A stretch of DNA of 63,459 bases from an uncultured Candidatus Saccharibacteria bacterium (GTDB lineage: Bacteria; Patescibacteriota; Minisyncoccia; Phycocordibacterales; UBA2100): assembly GCA_964437185.1 (NCBI GenBank), contig CAYTFU010000006.1, positions 1-63,459 of the forward strand, read 5' to 3'. The notes beneath the pieces were generated by a model, which was not told where the DNA came from, searched no databases, and worked only from the letters and a program-made list of their open reading frames with translations. The position numbers and the translations under genes are program-made. Shown piece by piece: positions 49,766-58,273 of this stretch (position 1 is its first letter; each line of letters starts with the position of its first letter).

Positions 49766-50433
49766 AAGGGTTTGCTTTTGATCTTGAAGGAACCTGTGTA
49801 GATGTAGAAGTTCTTCACTTCACCGCATACGAACGTGCGCTGGCTGAATTTGACGTTACCATGAGTGCTGAAGAAGTGGCCTCCATCCCAGGTGCAATCG
49901 GCGGGGGGAATCTTTTCATTTTTTCCTTCCTACGCACTACCTTTCCGAGTTTGACAGAATCGGCTCTCTACGAGCGTAAAAAATATCATTTCAACGTGCT
50001 ATTCAACGAGGCGGTACTTAATCCAAGAGAAGGGCTTACGGATTATCTCGATTATCTTCGATCAATAGGAGCTCCCGTTTCTATTGGGTCGACAACGCGA
50101 CGGGAGTTTGGAAGGGAAATTCTCAAGCGCTCGGGACTCGATATGTATTTTGATTTCAAATCGTGCGTTTTTCGGGAGGATGTCACGTCTTTGAAGCCGT
50201 CTCCAGAAGTTTACGTACGAACGGCCACATCAATGCAAATTGAGCCGACCGAGCAAATTGTATTCGAAGACTCGATAGTTGGCATAACGGCCGGTATGGC
50301 CGCTGGTTCAGTCGTCGTCGCAATTCCAGGTCAATTTGGATTAAATCCGCGGAGAATGAGCGAACTGAATTCATCCGGGGCACAATCCTTGTATACGACG
50401 TGGAGGTCCGTGCCGCATTCTATAGGGGCTTGA
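49762..50433 (+). CDS. HAD-superfamily hydrolase (beta-phosphoglucomutase/phosphatase-like, subfamily IA)
   Basis: ATGA overlap with secA. Motif I FAFDLEGT, a cap domain, and motif III/IV SLKPSPEVY..VFEDSIVGITAGMAAG. Confidence 0.65.
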   Translation: MKGFAFDLEGTCVDVEVLHFTAYERALAEFDVTMSAEEVASIPGAIGGGNLFIFSFLRTTFPSLTESALYERKKYHFNVLFNEAVLNPREGLTDYLDYLRSIGAPVSIGSTTRREFGREILKRSGLDMYFDFKSCVFREDVTSLKPSPEVYVRTATSMQIEPTEQIVFEDSIVGITAGMAAGSVVVAIPGQFGLNPRRMSELNSSGAQSLYTTWRSVPHSIGA

Positions 50434-50467
50434 ACGTGCGAGCCCGCCAACATATGATGCCATCTAT

Positions 50468-50992
50468 ATGGGTGAAGTAAAATTGAGAGAGGTCGATAAG
50501 CGCATCATATCGCTTAGTCAGGCTGTAAAAATCGCCAAAAGGGCGAGAGGCAAAGGGCTTCGTGTCGTGACAACAAACGGCGCGTTTGATCTGATCCATG
50601 CCGGCCATGTTCGGAGCCTTTCGCTCGCGAAGGCATACGGCGATATTTTGATAGTCGGAGTAAATTCCGATGCCTCGGTGCGGCAGAGCAAAGGCTCCTT
50701 GCGTCCCATCGTCACGGCCCGCGAACGCGCGAGAATGGTTGCGGCACTCAGACCTGTAGACTATGTGTTCGTGTTCGCATCGAAGACTCCCGTCTCCTGG
50801 ATTACTAAGATACGCCCCCATGTCCACGCGAAGGGGTCTGACAGGGCTGTCGCCGAAATTGTCGAAGGATCTGCTGTTGAAAAATATGGCGGGCGTGTTG
50901 TAAGACTTCCGCACGCTGGAGAACCATCAACGACGCAGTTGATCCAACGAATCATCCGTCTCTATCGAGGCAGGTATCCCGAATCAAAGTAA
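50468..50992 (+). CDS. hldC: D-glycero-beta-D-manno-heptose 1-phosphate adenylyltransferase (RfaE domain II-like cytidylyltransferase fold)
   Basis: VVTTNGAFDLIHAGHVRSLSLAKAYGDILIVGVNSDASVRQSKG..RPIV..VDYVFVF..TP..KGSD..STTQLIQRI closely parallels E. coli HldE domain II. Confidence 0.75.
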   Translation: MGEVKLREVDKRIISLSQAVKIAKRARGKGLRVVTTNGAFDLIHAGHVRSLSLAKAYGDILIVGVNSDASVRQSKGSLRPIVTARERARMVAALRPVDYVFVFASKTPVSWITKIRPHVHAKGSDRAVAEIVEGSAVEKYGGRVVRLPHAGEPSTTQLIQRIIRLYRGRYPESK

Positions 50993-51864
50993 TCTTGAAT
51001 ACCTCGGGTAAGGTTATACTCAGGAGTAAAACCGATGGTCGCTTTAATGCGGGATATGTCGCAAGCGATGTTGCTTTGATACGTGTCGCCGTACGGATTA
51101 TCGATGTATTCCGGTACTCTCGAAAGACCGAGTGTCGCATTTAGTAGAGAAATAATTTCATTGAAGCTTGTCGGCTCGCCGCCAGTGCAGTTGAGGATCG
51201 CGCTCTCTTGAGCATCCAACGCTAGAAGATTCGCCCTGACTACATCTTTAATGTAGATATAATCACGCTTCTGCTCACCATTTTTAAAGAGTCTCGGATT
51301 GCCGTTTCGCATTTGTTGAGCAAACTGGTAAATCATATTGGCCATCGTACCTTTGTGGTTTTCTCGAGGTCCATAAACATTACAGTAGCGAAGTCCGACA
51401 ACGCGTATTTTTGGATGTTGAGCGGCAAACCCCATTGCAAAGTCGTCTAGGGCTGCCTTAGATTCTGCGTACGGATTAAGGGGGGATACGGGTCCGTCTT
51501 CGCGATAGGGAGCTGCGAGATTACCGTAGACCGCTGTCGATGACGCGTAGACAATATGTCGCGCGTCGTTTTCCAACGCGTATCGAAAAAGCTTCTGTGA
51601 AGTGTACAGGTTTGCGCGAAACATCTCATCGCGATCCGTTATCGTTGTGTCGGCGATCGCTCCCTGATGAAAAAGCGCATCAATTTTACCTAGCTTTTTC
51701 CATGGAATCTCGCAAGTTCCGATATAGTATATTTTCCCAGCTAGCTGTGGAAGTTTTTGTTCCGAAGTGCTGCCCGTTAGAATAACGTCATGCCCTTGTT
51801 CGAGAAGTGTGAGTGCAAGGTTGGATCCAACAAACCCTGTCCCCCCCGTTACTAAAATACGCAT
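50962..51864 (-). CDS. hldD: ADP-L-glycero-D-manno-heptose 6-epimerase
   Basis: Start trimmed to the ATG at 51864 (MRILVTGGTGFVGSNL). FHQGA..YASSTAVYG..VGLRYCNVYGPRENHKGTMANM matches the HldD signature. The 3' end overlaps the convergent hldC-like gene by 31 bp. Confidence 0.75.
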   Translation of the reverse strand: MRILVTGGTGFVGSNLALTLLEQGHDVILTGSTSEQKLPQLAGKIYYIGTCEIPWKKLGKIDALFHQGAIADTTITDRDEMFRANLYTSQKLFRYALENDARHIVYASSTAVYGNLAAPYREDGPVSPLNPYAESKAALDDFAMGFAAQHPKIRVVGLRYCNVYGPRENHKGTMANMIYQFAQQMRNGNPRLFKNGEQKRDYIYIKDVVRANLLALDAQESAILNCTGGEPTSFNEIISLLNATLGLSRVPEYIDNPYGDTYQSNIACDISRIKATIGFTPEYNLTRGIQDYFDSGYLPR

Positions 51865-51951
51865 AACGGTAAGTATATAAGATAAGATTAGGCCGCGCAC
51901 CACATGTCTGCTATAGGCGAGCGTCTGCCTTGATGGTACATTTGTGCCTAT

Positions 51952-53391
51952 ATGGGTATGTACATTCCTACCATTGGACTTGAAATTCACGCGGAATTGA
52001 AGACGAAAACAAAAATGTTCTGTCGCTCTGCCAATGATCCGTTTAATGCCGAGCCAAATACGCACGTATGCCCCGTTTGCATGGGGCATCCTGGGGCGTT
52101 GCCCGTCATTAATGAGGAGGCGGTGCGGCACGTACTGCGGGTCGGGATTGCGCTGGAAGGTCAATTCGCAGACTATACGGAATTTGATCGAAAAAACTAC
52201 TTTTACGCGGACCAACCAAAAGGCTATCAGCTAAGTCAGTACGAGTACCCACTCGTCTCAGGAGGCGCGCTGCATGGGGTTGCCATTACACGCGTGCACC
52301 TCGAAGAGGACACAGCGAGCTCAATTCACGAAGAAGGGGTGGGAACGGTCGTAGATTACAATCGATCGGGAGTGCCGCTCATGGAACTCGTTACTGAGCC
52401 CGTCATCACATCTTCTAAACAGGCCGGAGACTTTGCTCGCGAGCTTCAGCTACTCCTGCGATATCTCGGCGCTAGCGAGGCAAATATGGAAAAGGGTGAG
52501 ATGCGCGTCGAAGCCAATATCTCTATCAGCCGAGACGAGAAACGTGGCACAAAGGTCGAGGTGAAAAATCTCAACTCATTCCGAGCAATGGAGCGAGCCA
52601 TTGAACACGAGATTAAGCGCCAGGAATCGCTCCTTGCGCGAGGCGAAAATATAGTACAAGAGACTCTTGGGTGGGACGAGGCGAAGCAGGCGACGTTCTC
52701 TCAGCGCGCGAAGGAGGGAAGCGCCGACTACCGGTACTTCCCTGATCCAGATTTGCCGAGCCTTCGACTGTCGGAACTCGCGGCGTTTGACGCAGGCACA
52801 ATAAGACAAACGATGCCGGAGATACCTGCGGTGCGCAGAGCGCGCTATATGGCCCTCGGCGTCAAACAGCAGGATGCAGATAGTTTTGTGAAGACCAGAA
52901 TACTGGGGGATTTTTTTGAGGAAGTCATAAGAGGTCATCAGGATGATCGTAAATGGGTTTCGACGGCAAGTAACTATATCGCAAACGATTTGGTTCCGTA
53001 CCTCCGAGATACCGAAAGTCGAGATACAGAAGTGAGCGGCGAGATACAAATTACACCTGAGAATTTTGCAAAAATTATTGATCTCCTCTCTTCGGGGACA
53101 GTAGCATCTTCGATGGCGAAGGATATTCTCGCACGATCCGTTAGTGGGGCGATGGATCCAATGTTGGTTGCGAAGGAATCAGGATACCTCGTATCAATAT
53201 CGCGATCGGACTTAGAGAAAATCGTAAGTGACGTGCTCGAGAGTAATGCCGCTGTGGTCGCGGACTACAAGGCGGGCAAAGAGGCAGCAATTCAGTATCT
53301 CGTCGGTATGGTTATGAAGAGTAGCAAGGGGAAGGCGGTGCCACAGGCCGCAAGGGAATGTATTCTGCGCCTCATCGCGGCGCATGAGTAG
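51952..53391 (+). CDS. gatB: Asp/Glu-tRNA(Asn/Gln) amidotransferase subunit B
   Basis: PTIGLEIHAELKTKTKMFC, NTHVCPVCMGHPGALPV, RKNYFYADQPKGYQLSQ, NRSGVPLMELVTEP, and a C-terminal YqeY-like tail. Confidence 0.95.
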   Translation: MGMYIPTIGLEIHAELKTKTKMFCRSANDPFNAEPNTHVCPVCMGHPGALPVINEEAVRHVLRVGIALEGQFADYTEFDRKNYFYADQPKGYQLSQYEYPLVSGGALHGVAITRVHLEEDTASSIHEEGVGTVVDYNRSGVPLMELVTEPVITSSKQAGDFARELQLLLRYLGASEANMEKGEMRVEANISISRDEKRGTKVEVKNLNSFRAMERAIEHEIKRQESLLARGENIVQETLGWDEAKQATFSQRAKEGSADYRYFPDPDLPSLRLSELAAFDAGTIRQTMPEIPAVRRARYMALGVKQQDADSFVKTRILGDFFEEVIRGHQDDRKWVSTASNYIANDLVPYLRDTESRDTEVSGEIQITPENFAKIIDLLSSGTVASSMAKDILARSVSGAMDPMLVAKESGYLVSISRSDLEKIVSDVLESNAAVVADYKAGKEAAIQYLVGMVMKSSKGKAVPQAARECILRLIAAHE

Positions 53392-53462
53392 CAGTGAGCA
53401 CAGTTTCCACCGTAGCGCTATTCACGCACAGGCGAGACGATTATTCAGGGTATAATAGGGAC

Positions 53463-54380
53463 ATGTCTGACGACGTTGTAATTGAAGGCAAATTATATAT
53501 CTCGTCAAAGCGGGCATCCGAGATGACGGGTTATTCTCAAGATTACATCGGCCAACTCGCTCGCGGGGGGTATATTGACGCGCGCCGCGTGGGCGGGCTC
53601 TGGCATGTATCGTTGCCATCAGTGCAGGAACACGAAAAGAAGTCTCGGGAGGCGAAATCCCAGCAGACATCTGTTCAGAACGCCGATCGAAGTACCTTGT
53701 CTGACATTGATTCACTCGTGACATTTGACGGAATGGACTATGTCTCGGCATCGCGAGCTGCGGAATTATGCGGATATAACGCTGATTATGTAGGGCAACT
53801 GGCCAGATCGGGCACAGTCCCAGCGCGGCAGGTCGGTAATCGATGGTACGTTGGAAGAGAGGCGATTTTGAAACACAAAGCAGAAAAGGACCGACTGTTG
53901 GGCGCTGTCCAATCCGAATCAGTAGGGATACATCATTCTCCGCCACAAAGCTCAACAAATGTCGCAGATTCTCGACGAGATGACGCTGCATCGTATACGT
54001 ACTCGCAAGATTCTCGTGATTTACATCCAAATATTGGTAGGCGAACAGACGCTCTGGAAGACGAGTCAGAAGAGGATGATGGTTACGCCCATAGCGTCAT
54101 CATACCCATTCGTACACCCCCGCCTGACTCGGTAGGTCGACGCGTAATTGGAGTAAATAGAGAAGTACGAGTAGCCAGAAAATCTATATATTATGGCTTT
54201 ATATTTGCTTTTGCTGTTCTGGGTTTTTTTGCTCTGCTTTTTTTCGTTTTTGTTAAACTTGCACCTACTGATAGTTTTCGTTTGCAATCTTCGGACGCGG
54301 GTCTTTTTATGAGAATGGTGGATTTTGTCGGTGACGTGCTGGAAAGCTTTTTGGTTGGCGAGATTACCTACAAGAGGTAG
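53463..54380 (+). CDS. Membrane-anchored protein with two tandem excisionase/MerR-type HTH domains
   Basis: Repeat 1: YISSKRASEMTGYSQDYIGQLARGGYIDARRVGGLWHV. Repeat 2: YVSASRAAELCGYNADYVGQLARSGTVPARQVGNRWYV. C-terminal TM IYYGFIFAFAVLGFFALLFFVFV. The ATG is at 53463. Confidence 0.6.
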   Translation: MSDDVVIEGKLYISSKRASEMTGYSQDYIGQLARGGYIDARRVGGLWHVSLPSVQEHEKKSREAKSQQTSVQNADRSTLSDIDSLVTFDGMDYVSASRAAELCGYNADYVGQLARSGTVPARQVGNRWYVGREAILKHKAEKDRLLGAVQSESVGIHHSPPQSSTNVADSRRDDAASYTYSQDSRDLHPNIGRRTDALEDESEEDDGYAHSVIIPIRTPPPDSVGRRVIGVNREVRVARKSIYYGFIFAFAVLGFFALLFFVFVKLAPTDSFRLQSSDAGLFMRMVDFVGDVLESFLVGEITYKR

Positions 54381-54555
54381 ACAAAGATAAGTCACGTTTG
54401 TAAAAAATTAGCCATCGTGCCCCCCTAAGGCTATGTATAGCTGCAACTCGCCGTCGTTTTTTGGATACTATCCCCACACGTTTCGATCTGCCGAACGGAG
54501 GGTTTGCGATTAATCAAGTAGAATAACAGTAAGGGGTTTTCGACTTCGATTTTTT

Positions 54556-55512
54556 ATGACGTTCACGCATATTCGTTTCACTATATCTACTGTTTTTTTT
54601 ATTGCATTTGCGATGTGCCTGATTATTTTTTCGGGCGTTTTTTATGCGGGGTCTTCGTATGTACATGCACAGGAGGAGATTGTTCCCGCTCCAGCCGAAC
54701 AACTTGTGGGGGATGTCTCCGTATTCCCAAAATCTAAAAGCGCAGTTGCAACTATGGTGACATTCTCTGGGCCTACTGTTGCTTATGGAGACATTGTCGT
54801 CTTTGCGGAGGATTCAAACATCTTCGTGCTGGCAGATCAAACAACCGCTCAGGATGTCTTCGGTGTTGTGATAAAAGATCCGGCGCTCCTCTTCATGTTT
54901 GGAGACGACGAGGGCCGGATTCCTGTGGTCAGTGAGGGTACCGTGCTTGTGAACGTGACTCTTGAGGCTGGCCCCATTGCTCGTGGGGATCCTCTGACAG
55001 CAGCAGGAGTCCCTGGAAAAGCTCGAAAGGCGGTTGCAGGAGAGGCCTCGTTTGCAGTCGCTATGGAGGGATTTTCTGGCGAGGGAGGCGTTTTAGTAGA
55101 GGGACCTGACGGCACAGGGATTATGTCTGGAACGATATCTGCAGATATGCAGAGGGGGGGAGTGGGTTCGGTGGCATCGGTGGTGGGAGTTGAAAAGTGC
55201 GATTCGCTTTTGTGCGGCGTGTTGGCAATTATTGAGCCACAGGTTGTTATGTCATTGTCGCGATACGCACTCTCAGGCGTCATTGCTGCCATCTCACTCT
55301 TGTTTGCATTTAGAAGTTTTATGTCTGATGCGAATTACGGAATTATTTCGATCGGGCGAAATCCAAGCGCGAAAAATTCAATACGCTCGCTTGTCTACTT
55401 CAATGCCTTTCTTGCGCTCACGATCGCCGGGATCGGTTTGTTTACTGCTGTCGCCATTCTGCTTATTGGAGATTCCCCATCGATTATTAATTCCGCAAGC
55501 GTAACGCCGTAG
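54556..55512 (+). CDS. Membrane protein: N-terminal anchor, ~200-aa extracytoplasmic domain, and a C-terminal two-helix hairpin resembling an ATP synthase c subunit
   Basis: N-terminal TM FTISTVFFIAFAMCLIIFSGVF. The C-terminal 87 aa (from the in-frame ATG at 55249) are ..GVIAAISLLFAF..YGIISIGRNPSAKNSIRSLVYFNAFLALTIAGIGLFTAVAILLIG. The I-x-R-N-P loop and helix spacing look like subunit c, but there is no mid-helix Glu/Asp. Confidence 0.5.
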   Translation: MTFTHIRFTISTVFFIAFAMCLIIFSGVFYAGSSYVHAQEEIVPAPAEQLVGDVSVFPKSKSAVATMVTFSGPTVAYGDIVVFAEDSNIFVLADQTTAQDVFGVVIKDPALLFMFGDDEGRIPVVSEGTVLVNVTLEAGPIARGDPLTAAGVPGKARKAVAGEASFAVAMEGFSGEGGVLVEGPDGTGIMSGTISADMQRGGVGSVASVVGVEKCDSLLCGVLAIIEPQVVMSLSRYALSGVIAAISLLFAFRSFMSDANYGIISIGRNPSAKNSIRSLVYFNAFLALTIAGIGLFTAVAILLIGDSPSIINSASVTP

Positions 55513-55518
55513 AATGGT

Positions 55519-56298
55519 ATGGTTACATCAATGATTTCCAATGAAGTGTTGTTTAGTATTGGCATCGGTATCGTGAGCGGCGTTGCCATATCTTTTTTGC
55601 TCTTCATGTTCATGCGCTCGCGCGCGACGCGATCGGTGTATGAACACGCACGCGCCGAGTCCGATGAACATGTGAAGCGGATTGTAAACGAAGCACAGGA
55701 AGAGGGGCGCAAGATTTTTGAAACTGCGCGGGCGTCGGCACAGGCGTTTTCGAATTCTCAACAATCGGAGTCCGTGGAGCGAGCAAAGCTGTATCAAAAG
55801 ACATTGGAAAATCTCGCGATGGATGCGCGGCACGTCATTGAGGGTGGCACTGTAAAAGCGCTTGCTGCACAAGCAGAAATGACAGAACGGTTTCTGAAAG
55901 AAGTTTCGCAGCAGGGGGCGGGAGCAAAGGCGCATATCGATCAACTTCAGAAGGGTATTGAAGAGTTGTTTGTCGCAATACAGGCGCAAACCAGCGATAT
56001 TCGCCGTCGTCTCGACGAGGGAGGTCAGGGTGCTATCGCAGGTCTCGACAAGGCGCTTCAAGATCTGGCCGAAGGATTGAAAAAGCGATCAGATGAACAT
56101 TTCTCAGTGCTTCTCGCGAGTGCGGAAAAGGATGTGGCCCAGTATCGCGAGGGCATGCGGCGGCTTATCGATGAGCGCATGGCCGACCTCGTTGCGGAGA
56201 CCTCGCGAGTGGTTTTGCGAAAGGCGCTCAAGCCAGAAGAACATGCGGACCTCGTAGAAAATGCGCTTAAGGAAGCGAAGTCTGCAGGCATGATCTAA
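55519..56298 (+). CDS. atpF: F-type ATP synthase subunit b-like (elongated, 259 aa)
   Basis: Single N-terminal TM VLFSIGIGIVSGVAISFLLFMFM, then a long charged coiled coil (ARAESDEHVKRIVNEAQEEGRKIFETARASAQ). It sits immediately upstream of delta. Confidence 0.65.
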   Translation: MVTSMISNEVLFSIGIGIVSGVAISFLLFMFMRSRATRSVYEHARAESDEHVKRIVNEAQEEGRKIFETARASAQAFSNSQQSESVERAKLYQKTLENLAMDARHVIEGGTVKALAAQAEMTERFLKEVSQQGAGAKAHIDQLQKGIEELFVAIQAQTSDIRRRLDEGGQGAIAGLDKALQDLAEGLKKRSDEHFSVLLASAEKDVAQYREGMRRLIDERMADLVAETSRVVLRKALKPEEHADLVENALKEAKSAGMI

Positions 56299-56307
56299 AG
56301 ATCGCAT

Positions 56308-56820
56308 ATGCTCTCTGCCGCCATTCTTGAAAATACATTTTCGCTCGCGGATCTTTATGAGCGAGTCAATATCATGCAACATTTTCTGGAACAATACTTT
56401 TTTGACGCGACGCCGAAACAAGGTCTTCGAATAGATTTGCTGAGAGCCTTGTATCATGAAAACGATTTGGAAACTCTCGCGCACGTGAACGCAATCTCTG
56501 CGTGGGGACCCGAGATTTTAGAGACGTATACGACGAGCAATATGTACGATCGAATTCGTGATCTCAAATTCGCCGCAGAGTCGTGTCCGCGAATAGTCCT
56601 CGACGTGCCGGTGGTATTTACGACGCCGCTCATCGAGCGCATCGGACGATGGTGTCGCGCTAATGTACATCCTGCAATCATGCTCGAACTCCGCGTCCGG
56701 CCCGAGGCGGTCGGAGGATGTATCTTTTCCTACAACAACGTGCTCCACGATGTCTCACTTTCATACTTCGCGAAGAAGGAGCGTGCGGAGCTCCTGAAGG
56801 TCATTCACTCGTATGCTTGA
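56308..56820 (+). CDS. atpH: F-type ATP synthase subunit delta (OSCP)
   Basis: 170 aa, placed between b and alpha. The C-terminal LELRVRPEAVGGCIFSYNNVLHDVSLSYFAKK resembles the OSCP C-terminus (..IGG..v..gd...D.S). Confidence 0.6.
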   Translation: MLSAAILENTFSLADLYERVNIMQHFLEQYFFDATPKQGLRIDLLRALYHENDLETLAHVNAISAWGPEILETYTTSNMYDRIRDLKFAAESCPRIVLDVPVVFTTPLIERIGRWCRANVHPAIMLELRVRPEAVGGCIFSYNNVLHDVSLSYFAKKERAELLKVIHSYA

Positions 56821-58273
56821 TAGCAAAGAGCAGGTGCGGGAGGTTGGGTACGTCACGCGCGCAAAAAGTTACGTTTTTTTTGTGGAGGGTTTGCCATCGG
56901 CGAGGATCAACGACATCATCGTCGACGAAGAAGGGAATCGCGCTCTCGTGCAGGCGTTTTCCGACACCAACCTCGTAGCGCTCGCGCTCGATCCAGTGCA
57001 AGTGCGCGCGGGGACGCGATTTGGACTTTCGCAGCACCCATATCAACTCTCGGTGGGAGAACATCTCTTTGGGCGCGTGATCAACGCTCTCGGAGAAGCA
57101 ATTGATCGGGGGAAAGCGTTTCCGCCGGGTAATGTTCCGTTCCAGTTTGATGCTGACGCGCCCGGAATCGACAAGCGAGTGCCGGTGAAGGAGCAGCTGT
57201 ACACGGGCTGTACGCTCGTGGATACACTGCTTCCGGTCGCCAAGGGACAGCGCCAGCTCATCTTTGGAGGGGATCGCGCAGGAAAGACATCGTTCCTTAT
57301 CGATGTGGTGCGGCACCAGAGTCAGGAAGATCACATCAGTATTTACGTGCTCATCGGTAAATCGCAGAGCGAGTTGCGTCGTGTCGCTTCTGCAATTTTC
57401 GACTCAACGAATTCGACAAAAACGATTGTCGTCGCCGCGCTCTCCGGGCAGTTGCCTCCACGTATTGCGATCGCGCCCGCGATTGCGTATACAATTGCGG
57501 AGCACTTTCAGCGACAAGGAAAGGATGTGCTCATTATCCTCGACGACCTTGATGCGCATGCGAAGTATCTTCGCGAGATTGCGCTCATGGAGGAGCGTTT
57601 GCCGGGCAGAGAGTCGTATCCGGGGGATTTGTTTTATCAACAAGCGCACTTGATGGAGCGTTCCGGTACATTTGTGGAAAGTGCGGGCGGAGGATCAATC
57701 ACGACATTTCCGGTCGTTGCGACCGACATAGAGAGCTTCTCCAGCATTATTCCCACAAATCTCATGTCCTGCACTGATGGTCACCTACTCTTTTTACCAG
57801 AGTTGCAAGGAGAAGGTGTGTATCCCGCGATTAGTATCGAGCGGTCCGTAACGCGTATGGGTAGACAAGCGCAAACACTGACGCAGCGGCAGCTTTCGAG
57901 TCAGGTGCGGCTCCTCTTGGGTCGTTATCGCCAGCAGCGCGATTATGCTGAGTTTAGTGTAAATTTGAAAGAGGAAGCACGCGCCGCGCTCCGCCTCGGA
58001 GAGGTGCTCGAAGCGGTGATTCGGCAAGAGCCGTCACAGACGATACCCGTCGACGTGCAAGTGCCGCTCGTCGCGCTTACCCTCACATCTTTGATGAAGT
58101 CTCGAGACGTGAATTTTTTTCTAAAAAATAAGAATGCGCTCCGCGATGCGATACAGGAACACGTTGGTTTGCAGGAGCTTCGCGCTCACGCTAAGGAAGG
58201 GATTCCGCTTGAAGCATACCTCGCGCTCGTCGAAGCAAAGCGAGAAATATTTGAAAAAGTATGTCGAGAATAA
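56813..58273 (+). CDS. atpA: F-type ATP synthase subunit alpha
   Basis: GQRQLIFGGDRAGKTSFLIDVV (P-loop), ILDDLDAHAKYLREIAL, GRESYPGDLFYQQAHLMERSG and TDGHLLF. Confidence 0.85.
   Translation: MLDSKEQVREVGYVTRAKSYVFFVEGLPSARINDIIVDEEGNRALVQAFSDTNLVALALDPVQVRAGTRFGLSQHPYQLSVGEHLFGRVINALGEAIDRGKAFPPGNVPFQFDADAPGIDKRVPVKEQLYTGCTLVDTLLPVAKGQRQLIFGGDRAGKTSFLIDVVRHQSQEDHISIYVLIGKSQSELRRVASAIFDSTNSTKTIVVAALSGQLPPRIAIAPAIAYTIAEHFQRQGKDVLIILDDLDAHAKYLREIALMEERLPGRESYPGDLFYQQAHLMERSGTFVESAGGGSITTFPVVATDIESFSSIIPTNLMSCTDGHLLFLPELQGEGVYPAISIERSVTRMGRQAQTLTQRQLSSQVRLLLGRYRQQRDYAEFSVNLKEEARAALRLGEVLEAVIRQEPSQTIPVDVQVPLVALTLTSLMKSRDVNFFLKNKNALRDAIQEHVGLQELRAHAKEGIPLEAYLALVEAKREIFEKVCRE

Noticed and set aside
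49777-49800. HAD motif I reads DLEGT instead of DxDGT (the second Asp replaced by Glu)
   Set aside because: This is a conservative change within a very diverse superfamily. A functional inference cannot be supported from sequence alone.
51865-52215. N-terminal 117-codon extension of the hldD ORF (listed as 50962-52215, 417 aa)
   Set aside because: The extension overlaps the gatB start on the opposite strand and is Arg-rich nonsense. The Rossmann N-terminus MRILVTGGTGFVG begins at the ATG at 51864.
57240-57290. Apparently degenerate P-loop in ATP synthase alpha (GGDRAGKTS versus GDRQTGKT)
   Set aside because: On recount, the sequence G-G-D-R-A-G-K-T still satisfies GxxxxGKT. It is not evidence of loss of nucleotide binding.
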